NCBI GenBank assembly: GCA_039795755.1
Contig: JBDKLF010000054.1
Coordinates: 1 to 30,136 of the forward strand
Direction of reading: 5' to 3'
Source: Candidatus Parcubacteria bacterium
GTDB taxonomy: Bacteria; Patescibacteriota; Minisyncoccia; Phycocordibacterales; CAIZIN01
Length of the DNA: 30,136 nucleotides
The notes beneath the pieces were generated by a model, which had not been told where the DNA came from, searched no databases, and saw only the letters and a list, made by a program, of their open reading frames with translations. Shown in pieces: positions 26,851-30,136 of this stretch (positions are counted from its first letter, which is position 1; each line of letters starts with the position of its first letter). The position numbers were made by a program, and so were the translations under genes.

Positions 26851-28068
26851 ATGCCAAAAAAACAAACAAAGAAAGTGGTAAAGGTCAAAAAAGCTGCTCC
26901 TAAGAAAGTAGAGAAGAAAAAACCTGCAAAGAAAGAGGTGAAAGTAAAGAAAGCTCCTGCTCCAAAGAAAGTAAAGTTGAGTAAGAAAGCGGAAGTTGAA
27001 GATCAGAAAGCTCAAAAGATTATCAACAAAGGTAAGGAACGAGGTTTCATTACCTATGACGAAATTCTCAAGGAGTTTCCAACGATTGAAGATAATATTA
27101 TCTTTCTTGATGAACTCTATCAGAAGCTTCAGGTAGCTGGTATTGATGTACTTGAAGGAGGGGGATTGCTTGACACCAAGGATATGACTGATGATGTGAA
27201 GAAGTATGCCTACGATGGTCGTGGAGGTGATTCTGGATATGATTCAATTCAGATGTATCTCCGAGAAATCGGTCAGTACCCACTCATTCATGCTCATGAA
27301 GAAAAGGAATTGGCGAAGCGAATTGTTGCAGGTGATGATGAAGCGAAGAACTTGCTCGCAAAGGCGAACCTTCGACTCGTAGTATCGATTGCAAAGAAGT
27401 ATGTGGGACGATCACCAGACCTCACGTTGCTCGATCTCATTCAAGAAGGAAACCTCGGACTCTTCAAGGCAGTTGATAAATTCGATTGGACAAAGGGATT
27501 CAAGTTCTCAACTTATGCGACATGGTGGATTAGACAGGCTATCACTCGAGCACTTGCTGATCAATCTCGAACTATTCGAGTACCGGTGCATATGGTAGAA
27601 ACCATTGCCAAGTACAAGCAGGTGGTACGACGATTGTCACAAGACCTCGGACGAGATCCATTACCAGATGAAATTGCGGTAGAAATGGGACTTGATGTAG
27701 ACAAGGTATACATGATCGAGAAGATTGATCAATCAACCGTCTCACTCGAAAGTCCAGTAGGAGATGATGGTGATGATGGTAAGTCAGTGCTTGGAGACTT
27801 TATTCCTGATGACAAGATTCTCTCTCCTGATCAGGAATCTTCACGACGAATTCTCTCAGATCAAGTGAAAGAAATTCTCAATGACCTTTCAGAAAAGGAA
27901 CGACGAATTCTCGAAATGCGTCACGGTCTCGTTGATGGCATTCAGCATACATTGGAAGAAGTAGGGAAGAAATTCAATGTAACTCGAGAACGTATTCGAC
28001 AGATCGAAGCCAAGGCTCATGAAAAGATTCGAAACCACGATAAGGCAAATCGATTGAAGAATTACTAA
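26851..28068 (+). CDS. rpoD: Primary sigma factor (sigma70/RpoD) with a Lys-rich N-terminal tail
   Basis: Region 1.1 [13 protein letters not shown], 1.2 [11 protein letters not shown], 2 [13 protein letters not shown]...[13 protein letters not shown], 4 [20 protein letters not shown]. Confidence 0.98.
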   Translation: MPKKQTKKVVKVKKAAPKKVEKKKPAKKEVKVKKAPAPKKVKLSKKAEVEDQKAQKIINKGKERGFITYDEILKEFPTIEDNIIFLDELYQKLQVAGIDVLEGGGLLDTKDMTDDVKKYAYDGRGGDSGYDSIQMYLREIGQYPLIHAHEEKELAKRIVAGDDEAKNLLAKANLRLVVSIAKKYVGRSPDLTLLDLIQEGNLGLFKAVDKFDWTKGFKFSTYATWWIRQAITRALADQSRTIRVPVHMVETIAKYKQVVRRLSQDLGRDPLPDEIAVEMGLDVDKVYMIEKIDQSTVSLESPVGDDGDDGKSVLGDFIPDDKILSPDQESSRRILSDQVKEILNDLSEKERRILEMRHGLVDGIQHTLEEVGKKFNVTRERIRQIEAKAHEKIRNHDKANRLKNY

Positions 28069-28087
28069 GAAGGAAATATATAAATAA

Positions 28088-28126
28088 AAAATCACCCGTT
28101 ACTCTTCGCGAGAGGCGGGTGATTTT
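28088..28126 (+). terminator. Terminator after rpoD, overlapping the end of the convergent ORF
   Basis: Perfect 11-bp stem AAAATCACCCG/CGGGTGATTTT plus inner CTCT/AGAG. Confidence 0.75.
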
Positions 28127-28392
28127 GCTGTCTTCGGCACAATGAATCCAACTACCACATCGAATTCTTCACCGTTCTTTAATGTGGAGCTTGGGCGGTC
28201 AAAGGTGAAAATTGCGTTGTCAGATTTTCGTGCTGCTACAATGTGATACATTTTGCATGCGATAGTCTGCTCGTGGTAGATACCGACAACCTTGAATGTT
28301 TCTCCATGTTTCCTGAATTGATCACGGATATCAAGTGCGAATGAAAGACATAGGAAAATACCTGCTGTCCATACAAAGATCTGTTTAAACAT
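28099..28392 (-). CDS. Hypothetical protein with an N-terminal hydrophobic anchor
   Basis: 97 aa; IFVWTAGIFLCLSFAL followed by a small beta-rich domain; own promoter. Confidence 0.65.
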   Translation of the reverse strand: MFKQIFVWTAGIFLCLSFALDIRDQFRKHGETFKVVGIYHEQTIACKMYHIVAARKSDNAIFTFDRPSSTLKNGEEFDVVVGFIVPKTAKSPASREE

Positions 28393-28399
28393 AGCCGTT

Positions 28400-28429
28400 T
28401 TTATACCATGCTAGAGAGCGTTTGGTCAA
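28400..28429 (-). promoter_or_regulatory. Promoter of the 97-aa ORF
   Basis: TTGACC-18-TATAAA with a TG extension, 7 nt before the ATG. Confidence 0.5.
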
Positions 28430-28451
28430 TGTGGTGAAGGTGGGGTAAAAT
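28423..28451 (+). promoter_or_regulatory. Promoter of the helicase, overlapping the divergent promoter
   Basis: TGGTCA-17-TAAAAT, 6 nt before the ATG at 28458. Confidence 0.5.
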
Positions 28452-28457
28452 ACCCAT

Positions 28458-30136
28458 ATGGATAAAGTATTTCTCGAGCGATATAACAGACTCAACAAAG
28501 CACAGAAGGAGGCCGTGGATACCATAGAAGGCCCAGTAATGGTCATTGCAGGGCCTGGGACCGGCAAGACGAGTATTCTTACCCTTCGTATCGCTAATAT
28601 CCTCAGACAGACTGATACGCCGCCATCAGGGATTTTAGCCATTACCTTCACGGATTCAGGAGTAAAGTCGATGAAGCAGAAGCTTCGAGAGATTATTGGC
28701 AGTCGAGCGGATGAAGTTCGCATCCACACCTTCCATGGATTTGCTGCTTCGATCATAAGTGAGTTCAAAGAATATTTTGTACATCTCTCGGATGCAGTAC
28801 AAATGACTGATATTGATCAGGTGGAATTAGTGAAGCATATCCTTACTGACAATACCTACAAAGACTTAAGACCTTTTGGTAATGAAGATTTTTATGTTGA
28901 TCATTTATTAGGAATGATTCGTGATGCCAAGAAAGATGCGGTCACGCCAGAAATGCTTGCTGACTTTGCACAGACTGAGGTCAAGCGAATCGAGAGTGAT
29001 GAAGCCTCAATCTCTACTCGTGGTGCAACCAAGGGACAGCTCAAAGCAGATGCCAAGCGTGCAATTGATAAATGTAAGCGAACCATACTTGCAAGTGAAG
29101 TCTACAAGCAGTACGAATATCGCAAGCAGCATCCACTTGCTGGTGGCAAGAAGATGATGGATTTCGATGATCTGATTGTTGAAGTGCTCAAGGCATTACG
29201 CGAGCATGAAGTATTGCTTCGAAGTATTCAAGAAAAGTATCTCTATGTGCATGTAGACGAGCATCAAGATACAAATGATTCGCAGAATGCAATCATTACA
29301 CTTATTGCTGCGTTCTTTGATAGTCCAAATGTCTTTATTGTAGGAGATGAGAAGCAGGCAATCTATCGCTTTCAAGGTGCATCAGTAAAGAACTTTTTAC
29401 AATTTGAATCATTGTGGAGTGACATGAAAGTGATTTCACTCGAGCATAATTATCGGTCTCATCAATCAATTCTCGATGCGAGCTTTGCAATGATTGAGGC
29501 CAATTATGATGAAGGACAACACGAGCGACTTCGTGTTCGATTGCAATCAGGAAGCAATGACACTCAGAGACCTGTTGAAGTGGTCACTGCGGGTAATATC
29601 ACTGCTGCTGAGCAGTATCTCACTGAGACTATTAAGCAGATTCAGACCAATGATTCGCAAGCTACTATTGCGATTATTTCACGTACCAATGCAGACATTG
29701 AGCGTGTAGTGCGATCATGTGCTGCAGAAGGAATTAACGTTGCATCAGAGCGAAGTATTAACATCTTCAATCATCCAATCGGATTGTTATTCTTTGCATT
29801 GATTGAGTGTATTGAGAATCCACTGGCACTTGATGCGTGGTCACGAACGATTGTGGGAGGATTATGGAGTCTTGATTTCACTGCGCGCACTGAGATACTT
29901 CAAAAGATTCGCAAAGAAGGTATTGAGACAATTGGTAAAGATATTCCAGCATACGAGGCAATACGTAGTGAAATCGTACAAGATAGTCCACTTGAATTCT
30001 TTATGACATGTGCAGACAAGAGTGGGCTTATCGAGCGCGTGAGTACTGATCCGGTATATGTTGAAGTATGGAGAGGGATTTATACATTTGTTGAGTCGGT
30101 GATTCGTCAGAAAGGCTGTGTTGATCCAATTGAATG
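28458..30136 (+). CDS. UvrD/PcrA/AddA-family SF1 helicase; 3' end runs off the window
   Basis: Manual translation: LNKAQKEAV...VIAGPGTGKT...LAITFT...IHTFHGF...VDEHQDTN...VGDEKQAIYRFQGA...LEHNYRS. Absent from the ORF track. Confidence 0.95.
   Translation, partial: MDKVFLERYNRLNKAQKEAVDTIEGPVMVIAGPGTGKTSILTLRIANILRQTDTPPSGILAITFTDSGVKSMKQKLREIIGSRADEVRIHTFHGFAASIISEFKEYFVHLSDAVQMTDIDQVELVKHILTDNTYKDLRPFGNEDFYVDHLLGMIRDAKKDAVTPEMLADFAQTEVKRIESDEASISTRGATKGQLKADAKRAIDKCKRTILASEVYKQYEYRKQHPLAGGKKMMDFDDLIVEVLKALREHEVLLRSIQEKYLYVHVDEHQDTNDSQNAIITLIAAFFDSPNVFIVGDEKQAIYRFQGASVKNFLQFESLWSDMKVISLEHNYRSHQSILDASFAMIEANYDEGQHERLRVRLQSGSNDTQRPVEVVTAGNITAAEQYLTETIKQIQTNDSQATIAIISRTNADIERVVRSCAAEGINVASERSINIFNHPIGLLFFALIECIENPLALDAWSRTIVGGLWSLDFTARTEILQKIRKEGIETIGKDIPAYEAIRSEIVQDSPLEFFMTCADKSGLIERVSTDPVYVEVWRGIYTFVESVIRQKGCVDPIE

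Noticed and set aside
67-30006. Many 60-165-aa track ORFs overlapping the main genes (e.g. 5669-6166, 7781-8257, 12948-13334, 14896-15348, 18429-18857, 23288-23689, 28385-28768)
   Set aside because: They are antisense or off-frame shadows of well-supported CDSs, with Ser/Phe-rich composition and no motifs or expression signals.
1-30136. Alternative genetic code (TGA=Gly, as in Gracilibacteria/Absconditabacteria), suggested by the rarity of TGA stops
   Set aside because: Long genes (rpoB, rpoC, smc, the 1386-aa ORF) are uninterrupted under the standard code, with no in-frame TGA at Gly positions.

Overview
AT-rich bacterial chromosomal window (standard genetic code) that is mostly housekeeping genes, with a few accessory patches. 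Order: partial family-5 ABC substrate-binding protein, secG, a hypothetical, rpmF, a NusB-Nudix fusion, rnc, a short SMC, rnr, a 1386-aa protein with a transglutaminase-like triad, rpsP, a KH-domain protein, trmD, EamA, a pseudo-receiver, an SDR, a PD-(D/E)XK nuclease, three small orphans, rpoB-rpoC-dnaG-rpoD, an orphan and a partial UvrD/PcrA-like helicase. The gene content and compact style suggest Patescibacteria/CPR (Parcubacteria-like); this is inference, not a database result. I found no rRNA, tRNA, CRISPR array, transposase, intron or intein, and no single self-contained novel operon. Best leads: (1) an SMC with intact ATPase heads but no recognisable hinge; (2) NusB fused to a Nudix domain; (3) two small ORFs missed by the track, each with its own promoter and terminator (32-aa Lys-rich ORF at 13490; 57-aa ORF at 17416); (4) a -10 box 6-8 nt before the ATG in at least 11 genes (probable leaderless expression); (5) substitutions at rifampicin-contact residues of RpoB; (6) structured leaders before rpoB and before the 1667 ORF; (7) dominant CGA Arg codons in core genes. 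All motif and structure calls were made by eye.
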